45,288 nt of DNA from Escherichia phage vB_EcoS-phiEc3, in sequence record NC_073323.1; one strand, given 5' to 3'. Both the position numbers and the translations under genes were made by a program. How positions within the stretch are numbered: the first letter of the stretch is position 1; the number at the start of each line of letters is the position of its first letter. The notes beneath the pieces are model-generated. The model did no database searches and was not told where the DNA came from. It saw nothing but the letters and a program-made list of their open reading frames with translations. This document shows, piece after piece, positions 1 to 8,200 of this stretch.

Positions 1-1251
1 ACGGAGCCGCAAGGCGCGTTTCTCGGTATGCATTGCAAGTTTCCGGCATTCGTAGCTGGCTTCGGTACGGGTAAATCCGAAGTTATGTGCAACTCTGCAC
101 TACTCGACAGCATGGAAGGTGGTAGCGATTCTATCATCGCCATGTATGAGCCGACCTATGACCTGGTGCGCCTCATCCTTGCACCGCGTATGGAAGAAAA
201 GCTCACCGACTGGGGTATCCGGTACAAATACAACAAGTCTGACAACATAATCTATACGTCTTCCGGACAATTTGGGGATTTTGTTCTGCGTACACTTGAT
301 AATCCAGCAAGAATCGTTGGCTACGAATCGTTTCGTGCGAAAATCGACGAGTTGGACACCCTTAACATGGAGCACGCCGAGCACGCGTGGAACAAAGTCA
401 TCGCCCGTAACCGCCAGTTGCCGCGGACATATAAACCTATTACACCGAAACCTGCTAATACCGTTTCCGTGTTCACTACCCCGGAAGGATTCCGTTTCGT
501 ACATGACCGCTGGGTAGTCAAAAAGAATCCAGGCTACGAGATGATTCAGGCGTCCACCCTGTCTAACCCGTTCCTGCCAGAAGATTATGTGCAGTCGTTA
601 CGCGACACATACCCAGGTCAGTTGATTGACGCCTACATCGACGGCAAGTTCGTAAACCTCACGTCCGGAACGGTATACTATGCTTACGACCGCAGGAAAA
701 ACAGCAGTCGCGAAACAATCAATCCCGGCGAGACTCTGTATATTGGGCAGGACTTTAACGTAGGTCACATGGCGAGCACGGTTTACGTGCAACGCGGTAA
801 GGTCTGGCACGCTGTTGCCGAGTTGGTTGATATGTTCGATACGCCTGACGTAGTGCGGGCCATAACTGAGCGATGGAAAAGTAAGGGCCACTATATCGTT
901 ATGTACCCGGACGCCAGCGGCAAAAACCGTAAAAGCAACAACGCCAGTACCTCAGACATCGCTCAGTTACAGCAGGCCGGTTTCGAAGTACGCGCCAAAT
1001 CAACAAACCCGCCGGTTAAAGACCGCGTATCAGCAATGAACAAGGCGCTTGAATCTGGTATGGTCATGATTAATGAGCAGGCATGCCCGGTTACGGCGCG
1101 ATGCCTTGAGCAACAGGCTTACGACAAGAACGGCGAACCGGATAAATCGGGTGGTGTGGACCACCAGAACGACGGGACCACATATCCTATCGCGTATGAA
1201 ATGCCGATTCGCAAACCAGTTATTAATGTCCCGGTGACTTTCGCACTTTAA
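1..1251 (+). CDS. Terminase large subunit, 5'-partial at window edge (frame open from base 1)
   Basis: Walker A-like AGFGTGKSEV near N-terminus, C-terminal nuclease-like region; lies between small terminase and portal; no stop upstream of first ATG at 28. Confidence 0.8.
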   Translation, partial: TEPQGAFLGMHCKFPAFVAGFGTGKSEVMCNSALLDSMEGGSDSIIAMYEPTYDLVRLILAPRMEEKLTDWGIRYKYNKSDNIIYTSSGQFGDFVLRTLDNPARIVGYESFRAKIDELDTLNMEHAEHAWNKVIARNRQLPRTYKPITPKPANTVSVFTTPEGFRFVHDRWVVKKNPGYEMIQASTLSNPFLPEDYVQSLRDTYPGQLIDAYIDGKFVNLTSGTVYYAYDRRKNSSRETINPGETLYIGQDFNVGHMASTVYVQRGKVWHAVAELVDMFDTPDVVRAITERWKSKGHYIVMYPDASGKNRKSNNASTSDIAQLQQAGFEVRAKSTNPPVKDRVSAMNKALESGMVMINEQACPVTARCLEQQAYDKNGEPDKSGGVDHQNDGTTYPIAYEMPIRKPVINVPVTFAL

Positions 1252-1263
1252 GAGGATTATTCA

Positions 1264-2745
1264 ATGTTAACTATGAACGGTCAGAATCAGGGTGTTAAGA
1301 CAAAACACCGGGAATGGCTGCACCACTTCGATAAATGGCAGAAGGTGCGCCACGCGCTGGAAGGCGACCTTATCCGCTATCTGCGCAACGTTGGGAAGAA
1401 TGAGCCGGACCCGACCTACGCGGCACAGCGCCAGGAAGAATACGAGAACGGCGCTATCTGTTACAACTTCACCAAGAGAACGCTGGCGGGGATGGTCGGC
1501 AGTGTCATGCGCAAAGACCCCGAGCAGATTATACCGCCTGAACTGGAGTACCTGTTACGTAACGCGGACGGTTCTGGTGTCGGGCTGTGGCAGCACGCAC
1601 AGGATACGCTAATGGAGATTAACTCGATAGGACGTGGTGGGTTGCTGGTTGACGCCCCGGAGACTGCTGCCGCAACGGCAGCTGAACAGAACGCCGGGTT
1701 ATTAAACCCGGTCATCGCATTCTACACCGCAGAGAACATCATCAACTGGCGACTGACCCGCGTCGGTTCTGTTAACCGTGTGACAATGGTCGTGTTGCGT
1801 GAAGTGTGGGAATACTCAGAACCTGGAGCAGAGTTCGAAACTAAGTTCGGTGAACAGTACCGCGTCCTTGACCTGATTGATGGCCGCTACCGCCAGCGCA
1901 TTTACCGTTTCGACGCCGAGGGCGGCGCTCAGGGCGAAGTAATCGAAATCTTCCCGGAACTCGGCGAACAGTTACGCGGCAAAATCCCGTTCACGTTCAT
2001 TGGTGCAAGCAACAACGATGCAACCATTGACGATGCACCTTTGCTGCCGTTGGCTGAGCTTAATATTGGGCATTTCCGCAACAGTGCAGACAATGAGGAG
2101 TCCAGCTTCGTCGTAGGCCAGCCTACTCTGTTCATCGCCCCCGGTGAGAACATGAGCATGGAACAATGGAAAGAAGCCAACCCGCACGGAGTGCGTATGG
2201 GGTCACGTTCTGGCCATAACATCGGTTACGGCGGCAATGCGTTTCTGGTCCAGGCCGGTGAGAACAACCTAGCCAAGCAGAACATGCTGGATAAAGAGAA
2301 TCAGGCCATCCAGATTGGTGCGCAGCTTATCACCCCTACCCAGCAAATCACCGCTGAATCAGCCCGCCTGCAACGTGGTGCCGACACGTCCGTTATGGCG
2401 ACAATTGCACGTAACGTAAGCATGGCATATACCGATGCGCTAAAGTGGGTTGCGGGTATGCTTGGGCTTAGTGAAGATACTGAGATTGAGTTCAAGCTGA
2501 ATATGGAATTCTTCCTGCAACCTATGACAGCTCAGGACCGCGCTCAGTGGATGGCGGATATTAACGCTGGCCTGCTACCCGCCACCGCTTACTATGCTGC
2601 GTTGCGCAAGGCAGGTGTGACTGACTGGACAGATGAGGACATTCAGAACGCTATTGAAGACGCACCTCTGCCGTTGGGTTCTGTTGCTCAGGTAGCGGGA
2701 GAGATTCCGCAGTCGGCGCAGCAACAGGACACCACTCAGCAGTAA
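1264..2745 (+). CDS. Portal protein
   Basis: 493 aa ORF directly after terminase, RBS AGAGGA upstream, acidic C-terminus, canonical position. Confidence 0.75.
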   Translation: MLTMNGQNQGVKTKHREWLHHFDKWQKVRHALEGDLIRYLRNVGKNEPDPTYAAQRQEEYENGAICYNFTKRTLAGMVGSVMRKDPEQIIPPELEYLLRNADGSGVGLWQHAQDTLMEINSIGRGGLLVDAPETAAATAAEQNAGLLNPVIAFYTAENIINWRLTRVGSVNRVTMVVLREVWEYSEPGAEFETKFGEQYRVLDLIDGRYRQRIYRFDAEGGAQGEVIEIFPELGEQLRGKIPFTFIGASNNDATIDDAPLLPLAELNIGHFRNSADNEESSFVVGQPTLFIAPGENMSMEQWKEANPHGVRMGSRSGHNIGYGGNAFLVQAGENNLAKQNMLDKENQAIQIGAQLITPTQQITAESARLQRGADTSVMATIARNVSMAYTDALKWVAGMLGLSEDTEIEFKLNMEFFLQPMTAQDRAQWMADINAGLLPATAYYAALRKAGVTDWTDEDIQNAIEDAPLPLGSVAQVAGEIPQSAQQQDTTQQ

Positions 2746-2755
2746 GTTCACCTAT

Positions 2756-2777
2756 AGCCCCGAAAGGGGCTTTCTTA
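2756..2777 (+). terminator. Intrinsic terminator-like hairpin (AGCCCC-GAAA-GGGGCT plus T-rich tail)
   Basis: GC stem with GNRA loop followed by TTCTTAT after portal stop. Confidence 0.45.
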
Positions 2778-2781
2778 TAGT

Positions 2782-3858
2782 ATGCTATTAACTTTAGCGC
2801 CACAGGGTTTATCTATGAGCTTACTTACATCCCTAATCAGCCATCAGATATGGCTGCAACGCACCGCATCCGGTGAGGTGAAAGACCTCACGCCGTTCAT
2901 TCAGGAGATAAGGGATGAAATCAAACGGCAGGTGCTGTTATTCGGTGACGACGGTCGCAGCACTGCGCGACTGAATAAACTGTTACGCGACCTGGAAGAA
3001 GCACTAACCGGTATTACGGGTGACTGGCAAACAAAGCTAACAGACGACCTTAAGGAACTGGCGGCGTACGAGGCTGAGTGGAACGTAAAGACACTGACCG
3101 CCAACGTAGACGCGGAATTTGTTACGCCTACCGCTGAGCAGGTATGGGCCGCTGCCGAGTTTCAACCATTATCATTGAGCGACAAGCCCGTTGATTTCAC
3201 CAAGCTGATGTCTGGATGGGGCGAAACGGAAGTAGCACGTCTTGTAACTGGAGTTAAGATGGGCTTTGTGCAAGGTCAAACCACACGGCAGATTGTTAAG
3301 AATGTTGTTGGCGCTGGTGGACTAGCCGACATCTCAGAACGTAACGCGGCTACGGTAATCCGCACCGCGCTGTCCCACGTATCCAACGAGGCCCGTAACG
3401 AGACGTACCGCCAGAACGACAACATCATCGAGAAGTACGAGTGGGTGTCAACGCTTGACAGCCGCACCAGTACGATTTGCAGGGTCAGAGACGGGATGAC
3501 GTGGGAAATTGGTAAGGGGCCGATGCCCCCAGCCCATCCGAACTGCCGGTCGTGCACGGCTCCGGTAATCAGTTCCGAGTTCGACTTCCTCGATAAAGGC
3601 GCAAAACGCGCGGCTAAAGGCGCGGAAGGTGGCACTCAGGTAAGCGCAGACACCACTTACTACGAGTTCCTTAAACAACAACCGGCGTGGTTTCAGGACC
3701 AGGCGCTCGGCCCGGTGCGAGGTAAGATTTTCCGTAACAGCGGTATATCGCCGGAAGAGTTTCGCGTAATATCTGTAGATGGTTTCGGGAATCCGCTCAC
3801 GCTTAAGCAGATGGCGGAACTCGATAAACGTGTTGCTGATTATCTGAAAGGGGATTAA
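2782..3858 (+). CDS. Head morphogenesis protein (minor head protein, SPP1 gp7/Mu F-like)
   Basis: 358 aa ORF following portal; start may be internal ATG at 2815. Confidence 0.6.
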   Translation: MLLTLAPQGLSMSLLTSLISHQIWLQRTASGEVKDLTPFIQEIRDEIKRQVLLFGDDGRSTARLNKLLRDLEEALTGITGDWQTKLTDDLKELAAYEAEWNVKTLTANVDAEFVTPTAEQVWAAAEFQPLSLSDKPVDFTKLMSGWGETEVARLVTGVKMGFVQGQTTRQIVKNVVGAGGLADISERNAATVIRTALSHVSNEARNETYRQNDNIIEKYEWVSTLDSRTSTICRVRDGMTWEIGKGPMPPAHPNCRSCTAPVISSEFDFLDKGAKRAAKGAEGGTQVSADTTYYEFLKQQPAWFQDQALGPVRGKIFRNSGISPEEFRVISVDGFGNPLTLKQMAELDKRVADYLKGD

Positions 3859-4319
3859 TGATGGGCTTTTTCAAAGTAACTGATGTGCCGTCGCGTCGCG
3901 TAGTTCAGTACGCCCGCGTATCTGGCTCTGGTGAGAACGTGGTGTTTATTGAAGACGAAAGTGTACTGGGTACCCCTGTAGACGACATGCCGTTTGCGGA
4001 TAAAACCGGCATTGCGCTGCCTGCGGCCGGTATGCTCTATGAGATTCCGTATCTGGCGGACGCAGGCGATGTGTATTTCTCTGTGCAACCAAAAGACGCT
4101 GAACTGGCCGACGGCAGCGCGACTATCACTGTCGAAGTTAAAGCAGGTGAAGCGCCGTATGCACTGACCTGGTACAAAGACGGTAAGGAAGTTGTCAACG
4201 CCCCGGAAGAGGCACTTTCCTTGACGGTTAACGCAGTGGGTGAATACTTCGTTAAAGTTACCGATGCTGATGGTGTAGAGGCTGTCAGTAAAGCTGCGAA
4301 GGTCACTAAGCCCGAATGA
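3858..4319 (+). CDS. Ig-like domain protein (possible capsid decoration)
   Basis: ATGATG start after AGGGGA RBS; C-terminal beta-rich segment with APYxLxWYKDG motif typical of Ig-like folds. Confidence 0.6.
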   Translation: MMGFFKVTDVPSRRVVQYARVSGSGENVVFIEDESVLGTPVDDMPFADKTGIALPAAGMLYEIPYLADAGDVYFSVQPKDAELADGSATITVEVKAGEAPYALTWYKDGKEVVNAPEEALSLTVNAVGEYFVKVTDADGVEAVSKAAKVTKPE

Positions 4320-4323
4320 TAAA

Positions 4324-4349
4324 AGGCCCCATTAAGGGGCCTTAGTTTT
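4324..4349. terminator. Bidirectional intrinsic terminator (GGCCCC-ATTAA-GGGGCC flanked by A and T runs)
   Basis: Perfect GC stem, AAAA upstream and TTAGTTTT downstream, between convergent genes. Confidence 0.6.
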
Positions 4350-4552
4350 CAACGGAATCTTGTGTTTAAATCCTGCTCGTGGACGACCCTCAGAACAGTG
4401 TCATAATCCCCGTATCTTCCAGGTTCAAATACATCTAATGCCTTGTAAGCAGACATTGCGTCAGGGAAAACCTGCAGAACCTTTTTAACACGGCACAAGT
4501 CACCGTCGAACTCTTCATCGAACTCTTGAACTACTTCGCAAATTGCATACAT
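4349..4552 (-). CDS. Hypothetical protein, 67 aa, opposite-strand insert in head module
   Basis: ATG start, own minus-strand promoter at 4580-4608, ends at bidirectional terminator. Confidence 0.55.
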   Translation of the reverse strand: MYAICEVVQEFDEEFDGDLCRVKKVLQVFPDAMSAYKALDVFEPGRYGDYDTVLRVVHEQDLNTRFR

Positions 4553-4579
4553 TTTTCACCTCCTGCTTAAGTTAACTGA

Positions 4580-4608
4580 ATAGTACCCTATTATATTGGG
4601 GTGTGCAA
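4580..4608 (-). promoter_or_regulatory. Sigma70-like promoter TTGCAC-17-TACTAT (conserved element copy)
   Basis: -35 at 4603-4608, -10 at 4580-4585 on minus strand; 33-bp core repeated near-identically at 13949-13977 and 37708-37736. Confidence 0.5.
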
Positions 4609-4674
4609 ACTATTTATTTACTTATTCCAGTTATTCCGCTCAATTGTAAATGTTGGAATAAACTATTCGAATAG

Positions 4675-4703
4675 TTGACTTTTCACTAAAAATATGATAA
4701 GCT
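4675..4703 (+). promoter_or_regulatory. Sigma70-like promoter TTGACT-17-TGnTAAGCT (extended -10)
   Basis: Conserved with 37399-37427; 17-nt spacer, TG at -15/-14. Confidence 0.5.
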
Positions 4704-4707
4704 CCAC

Positions 4708-4817
4708 CTGAGCTTGTGAAGTATGAACAAGCGACCGCGGCGCTGGCAGGTAACGGAGCGGGACGTAAGTCCTGAGTGTAGTTACGCTGACGCGTTCGGA
4801 AGGGCCATACTCTATTG
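4708..4817 (+). ncRNA. Candidate structured leader RNA, copy 1
   Basis: Paralogous to 37431-37541; three helices supported by compensatory changes; no conserved ORF. Confidence 0.5.
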
Positions 4818-4883
4818 CTTGTGTAAAAAGTAACAGGTTTACTTAGATTACGCCGTTTCTATGTTTAAATGATAAGGACTAGC

Positions 4884-4910
4884 GCCCTGCTTTAAGGCAG
4901 GGCTTTACTT
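4884..4910 (+). terminator. Terminator/attenuator-like hairpin GCCCTGC-loop-GCAGGGC plus TTTACTT
   Basis: 7-bp GC stem then T-rich tail, between leader RNA and spanin gene RBS. Confidence 0.45.
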
Positions 4911-4927
4911 ATCGAGAAAGGGGAAAC

Positions 4928-5314
4928 ATGAATCTTAAAGCAACCGTCGTAGCAGGAGCATGTTTCATCATCCTGGCTTACACACACGGCATTTATCAGT
5001 ACCGCAGCGGCTGGCACGAAGGCCGCGCTAATCTCGTTTCGCAGCAACAGCAGAAAGCACAGGCCGAGTTAGCGAAGAAAACACAACGGCAGCAGCAAGA
5101 TGAATCAAAGGCCGCCGCCGCTGACAACGAAGGCAAGACGAAATCAGAGGTGATCACCCGTGAAGTCGTTAAGTACATTAAAACTCCTGGTCGCAGCGTG
5201 TGCACTTTCGACCCTGAGCGCGTGCAGCTCAAGTCCCGCGCCGTCGCAAACGCCAATTCCATCCCCGGATACGACGATGATGCAGCCGCCGTGCAAGCTG
5301 GCACCGCCGAGTAG
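4928..5314 (+). CDS. Rz-like i-spanin
   Basis: N-terminal TM helix, Gln/Ala/Lys-rich coiled coil, RBS GAGAAAGGGG; contains embedded out-of-frame lipoprotein gene. Confidence 0.6.
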   Translation: MNLKATVVAGACFIILAYTHGIYQYRSGWHEGRANLVSQQQQKAQAELAKKTQRQQQDESKAAAADNEGKTKSEVITREVVKYIKTPGRSVCTFDPERVQLKSRAVANANSIPGYDDDAAAVQAGTAE

Positions 5315-5423
5315 CGACGCTGACGAGGATTTAGCTATCGACGTTCAGAACGCTGAATGCGTACGGCAGCTGCGGCTGAAAGTGTTCATGTTGCAGGATT
5401 ACGTGAGGAATATTCTGGAATAG
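5160..5423 (+). CDS. Rz1-like o-spanin (lipoprotein), overlapping Rz in another frame
   Basis: GTG start after AGAGGTGA; signal peptide with lipobox LSAC, Pro-rich mature region. Confidence 0.5.
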   Translation: MKSLSTLKLLVAACALSTLSACSSSPAPSQTPIPSPDTTMMQPPCKLAPPSSDADEDLAIDVQNAECVRQLRLKVFMLQDYVRNILE

Positions 5424-5505
5424 TTGCCTTGCATGTTGGAATAATTTATTCTTGACATGTAAATCCGGGTGGCCCGGGTTCCAACGTCCAGGGGACATAC
5501 TGACT

Positions 5506-6210
5506 ATGAATCGTTTTTTACGTTATCCGTTCCAGGAAGAAGCTGGGGCAGAAGATAAAGCTGGTGGCGGTGACGCGCCGAAAATGTTCACCGCTGAAGA
5601 AGTTCAGGCGCTGATTGAGAAAGAAGTTGCCGGGCTTAAGGCTAATCAGGAAGCATTGTTGGCGGAGAAGAAAGAAGCCGCTCGCAAAGCAAAAGAGGCC
5701 GAAGAAGAACGGCAGCGCGCGCACCAGGAGGCGTTAAAAGCCGCTGGTAAGATGGATGAGTTCGAAAAGACGATTCGTAGCCAGTATGACCCGGTGTTAG
5801 CCGAGAAAGACGGTCGCATCTCCAGAATGGCAGAGCGTATCCTCGGCAGCGAACGTAAAGCGGTGCTAGGCTCTTTCGCGGGTGACTTTATTACCCCAGA
5901 AGCAGTGGACATTCTTGCGCCGTTCGTTAAGACTGAGTTCGAAGGCGATGATGTGGTTACTAAGTTTGTTGGCGCAGACGGCAACGTAATCACGACTGAC
6001 CCGGAACAGTTCCGCAAATACTTGCGAGAACACAAAGCGTTTTCACATTTGATTAAAGCAAATGCAGCTTCCGGCGGCGGGGCTTCCGGTAGCAAAGGCG
6101 GCGGGGCCGCACCAGCGTTTAAAGACATGAGTGAAGCGGAGCGTATCGCTCTGTACGAATCGAACCCTGCCGAATTTGAACGGCAACTTAAAGCCCTGAG
6201 GAAAAAATAA
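5506..6210 (+). CDS. Scaffolding protein
   Basis: Coiled-coil Ala/Glu/Lys-rich protein immediately upstream of major capsid gene; ATG at 5506 after AGGGGA (track ORF starts 5452). Confidence 0.6.
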   Translation: MNRFLRYPFQEEAGAEDKAGGGDAPKMFTAEEVQALIEKEVAGLKANQEALLAEKKEAARKAKEAEEERQRAHQEALKAAGKMDEFEKTIRSQYDPVLAEKDGRISRMAERILGSERKAVLGSFAGDFITPEAVDILAPFVKTEFEGDDVVTKFVGADGNVITTDPEQFRKYLREHKAFSHLIKANAASGGGASGSKGGGAAPAFKDMSEAERIALYESNPAEFERQLKALRKK

Positions 6211-7259
6211 TGGCAATTACTACTATCGGCGACATCGTAACTGGTAAAGAATCGGTAATCCTGTCCTACATGACAGAGGACCCGGTAGAGAAAACCGCGT
6301 TCTTCCAGTCCGGTATCCTTACCTCGACTCCGTATGCCGCCGCTATCGCAAACGGCCCGTCCAACAAAGCGGTCCTGCCGTACTGGAAAGCTATTGATAC
6401 CTCTATCGAGCCGAACTACTCGAACGACGTATATCAGGACGTCGCCACCCCGCGTAACGTGCAAACCGGTGAGATGGATGTTCGCGTAGCTTACCTGAAC
6501 GAAGGTTTTGGTCAGGCTGACCTGACGGTAGAACTGACCAGCCAGAATCCGCTGCAATCCGTGGCTTCCCGTCTGGATAACTTCTGGCAGCGTCAGGCAC
6601 AACGCCGTCTTATTGCTACCGCGCTCGGTCTGTACAATGATAACGTAGCGGCTACCGATGCGTACCACGAGCAGAACGACATGGTTATTGACGTGTCCGC
6701 TACTCTGGGCTTCGACTCCGGCGCGTTCATCGATGCTACCCAGACTATGGGCGATGCGCTGATGGGTAACGGTGGTGAAGTGCTTGGCGCTATCGCGATG
6801 CACAGCTTCGTTTATGCGCAGGCGCGTAAGCAGCAGCTTATCGACTTCATTCGCGACGCTGACAACAACACCATGTTCGCCACCTACCAGGGCTATCGTG
6901 TGATTGTTGACGACAGCATGACCGTAGTCGGAACTGGCAACAGCCGTAAGTTCATCTCCATCATCTTCGGCAACGGTGCTATCGGTTACGGCGAAGGTTC
7001 TCCGTCAAACCCGCTGGAATACGAGCGCGAAGCGTCTCGCGGTAACGGTGGTGGTGTCGAAACCCTGTGGACCCGTAAGACCTGGTTGCTGCATCCGTTT
7101 GGTTACAGTTTCACCAGCACTGTAATCACCGGCAACGGCACCGAGACTATCGCCCGCTCTGCTTCCTGGCAGGACCTGGCGAACGCTTCCAACTGGAACC
7201 GTGTGGTTGACCGTAAGCATGTACCGATTGCCTTCCTGGTAACTGGTGTCGGGGCTTAA
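6210..7259 (+). CDS. Major capsid protein
   Basis: 349 aa, follows scaffold with overlapping stop/start, followed by strong terminator. Confidence 0.7.
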   Translation: MAITTIGDIVTGKESVILSYMTEDPVEKTAFFQSGILTSTPYAAAIANGPSNKAVLPYWKAIDTSIEPNYSNDVYQDVATPRNVQTGEMDVRVAYLNEGFGQADLTVELTSQNPLQSVASRLDNFWQRQAQRRLIATALGLYNDNVAATDAYHEQNDMVIDVSATLGFDSGAFIDATQTMGDALMGNGGEVLGAIAMHSFVYAQARKQQLIDFIRDADNNTMFATYQGYRVIVDDSMTVVGTGNSRKFISIIFGNGAIGYGEGSPSNPLEYEREASRGNGGGVETLWTRKTWLLHPFGYSFTSTVITGNGTETIARSASWQDLANASNWNRVVDRKHVPIAFLVTGVGA

Positions 7260-7274
7260 GGTTAAGATATAATC

Positions 7275-7298
7275 GAGAGGGACTTCGGTCCCTCTTTT
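7275..7298 (+). terminator. Intrinsic terminator (GAGGGAC-TTCG-GTCCCTC then TTTT)
   Basis: Perfect stem with UUCG loop and T run after capsid gene. Confidence 0.65.
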
Positions 7299-7318
7299 CA
7301 TTTACTAAGAGGTAAATT

Positions 7319-7618
7319 ATGGCTAAGACCGGAAAAGGCTTGCCTCGCAGCCTTCAGAATGTCGACTTCGGCGACTTTGACATCCCAGTAACGCCGGCTA
7401 CTACCAGCGTAGTTGGTGGGGTTAAAAAGTCAGCTACTGTAGCCGCCCCCGCGGCCATTACCGCTGCCGCCGGGTCGCAGTCCGCTGCGGCCCCGACTAA
7501 GACCGAGTTCGATGCCCTTGTAGCCGAGTACAACAAACTTCGAACTGATGTAACCGCGCTGCGCACTACCGTAGCAAATCTGTTGACTGCGCTTAAAAAT
7601 GCAGGAACTGTAAGCTAA
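7319..7618 (+). CDS. Hypothetical head-associated protein, 99 aa
   Basis: RBS AAGAGG, Ala-rich with C-terminal amphipathic helix. Confidence 0.5.
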   Translation: MAKTGKGLPRSLQNVDFGDFDIPVTPATTSVVGGVKKSATVAAPAAITAAAGSQSAAAPTKTEFDALVAEYNKLRTDVTALRTTVANLLTALKNAGTVS

Positions 7619-7630
7619 AGGAGCTTAAAA

Positions 7631-7981
7631 ATGGTTGATGTAATCAAACGTCGTATTACTGGTGTTTCTGATGATTCTCCTGCCGATGGTCAGGTTGAAA
7701 TCGATATGGCGAATATCTCGCCCGCATCTTTTTCTACCGCACTTGCCGCTACCACTACCAAGTCTACGGGGCAGACGATGACTCTTACCGTAGCCGTAAC
7801 TGGCGGTCTGGCCCCGTACACATACCAGTGGTACAAAGATAACAACGCTATCCCAGGCGCTACCGCCGCCACCTACGAGAAAACTTCGCTCGCTACTACC
7901 GATTCCGGTACGTATAAAGTGGTTGTTCACGATGTGTATGGTAATATTATCTCCAGCAGCACTGTAGCAACTGTGTCTTAA
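7631..7981 (+). CDS. Ig-like domain protein
   Basis: RBS AAAGGAG; motif LAPYTYQWYKD shared with 3858-4319 product. Confidence 0.55.
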   Translation: MVDVIKRRITGVSDDSPADGQVEIDMANISPASFSTALAATTTKSTGQTMTLTVAVTGGLAPYTYQWYKDNNAIPGATAATYEKTSLATTDSGTYKVVVHDVYGNIISSSTVATVS

Positions 7982-8017
7982 TACAACGGCCCTTCGGGGC
8001 CGTAATAAGGAAAGGTC

Positions 8018-8197
8018 ATGGCAGATAATTATGTAATCCGCGAAAAGTACACCCACGTTGATGTTGTTGACGGTCAGGTGATGCCTGTTCGCGGTGCGGT
8101 AGAAGCGGAAGAACTGGTTGCAACACAACCGGACAACGAAGAAGCGCACAACAACGGTGGTGGTACTAAGCGACGTCGCCGTAAGTCAGAGGAATAA
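8018..8197 (+). CDS. Hypothetical small protein, 59 aa
   Basis: RBS AAGGAAAGG 7 nt before ATG; basic C-terminus; below ORF-track size cutoff. Confidence 0.4.
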   Translation: MADNYVIREKYTHVDVVDGQVMPVRGAVEAEELVATQPDNEEAHNNGGGTKRRRRKSEE

Positions 8198-8200
8198 TTT

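Noticed and set aside
4708-4817. Leader RNA as a tRNA, hammerhead ribozyme or retron msr/msd
   Set aside because: No cloverleaf or T-loop consensus; the CUGA...GAAG segments do not match the hammerhead core; no reverse transcriptase gene in the window.
5646-6803. 385-aa minus-strand ORF antisense to scaffold and major capsid genes
   Set aside because: Low-complexity Ser/Arg/Ala-rich translation, no RBS, and it overlaps two well-supported plus-strand genes; typical antisense artefact in GC-rich coding DNA.
7987-8002. Hairpin CGGCCC-TTCG-GGGCCG after the Ig-like gene as a terminator
   Set aside because: Stable stem but no following T run; may be an RNA stability element rather than a terminator, so not listed as a feature.
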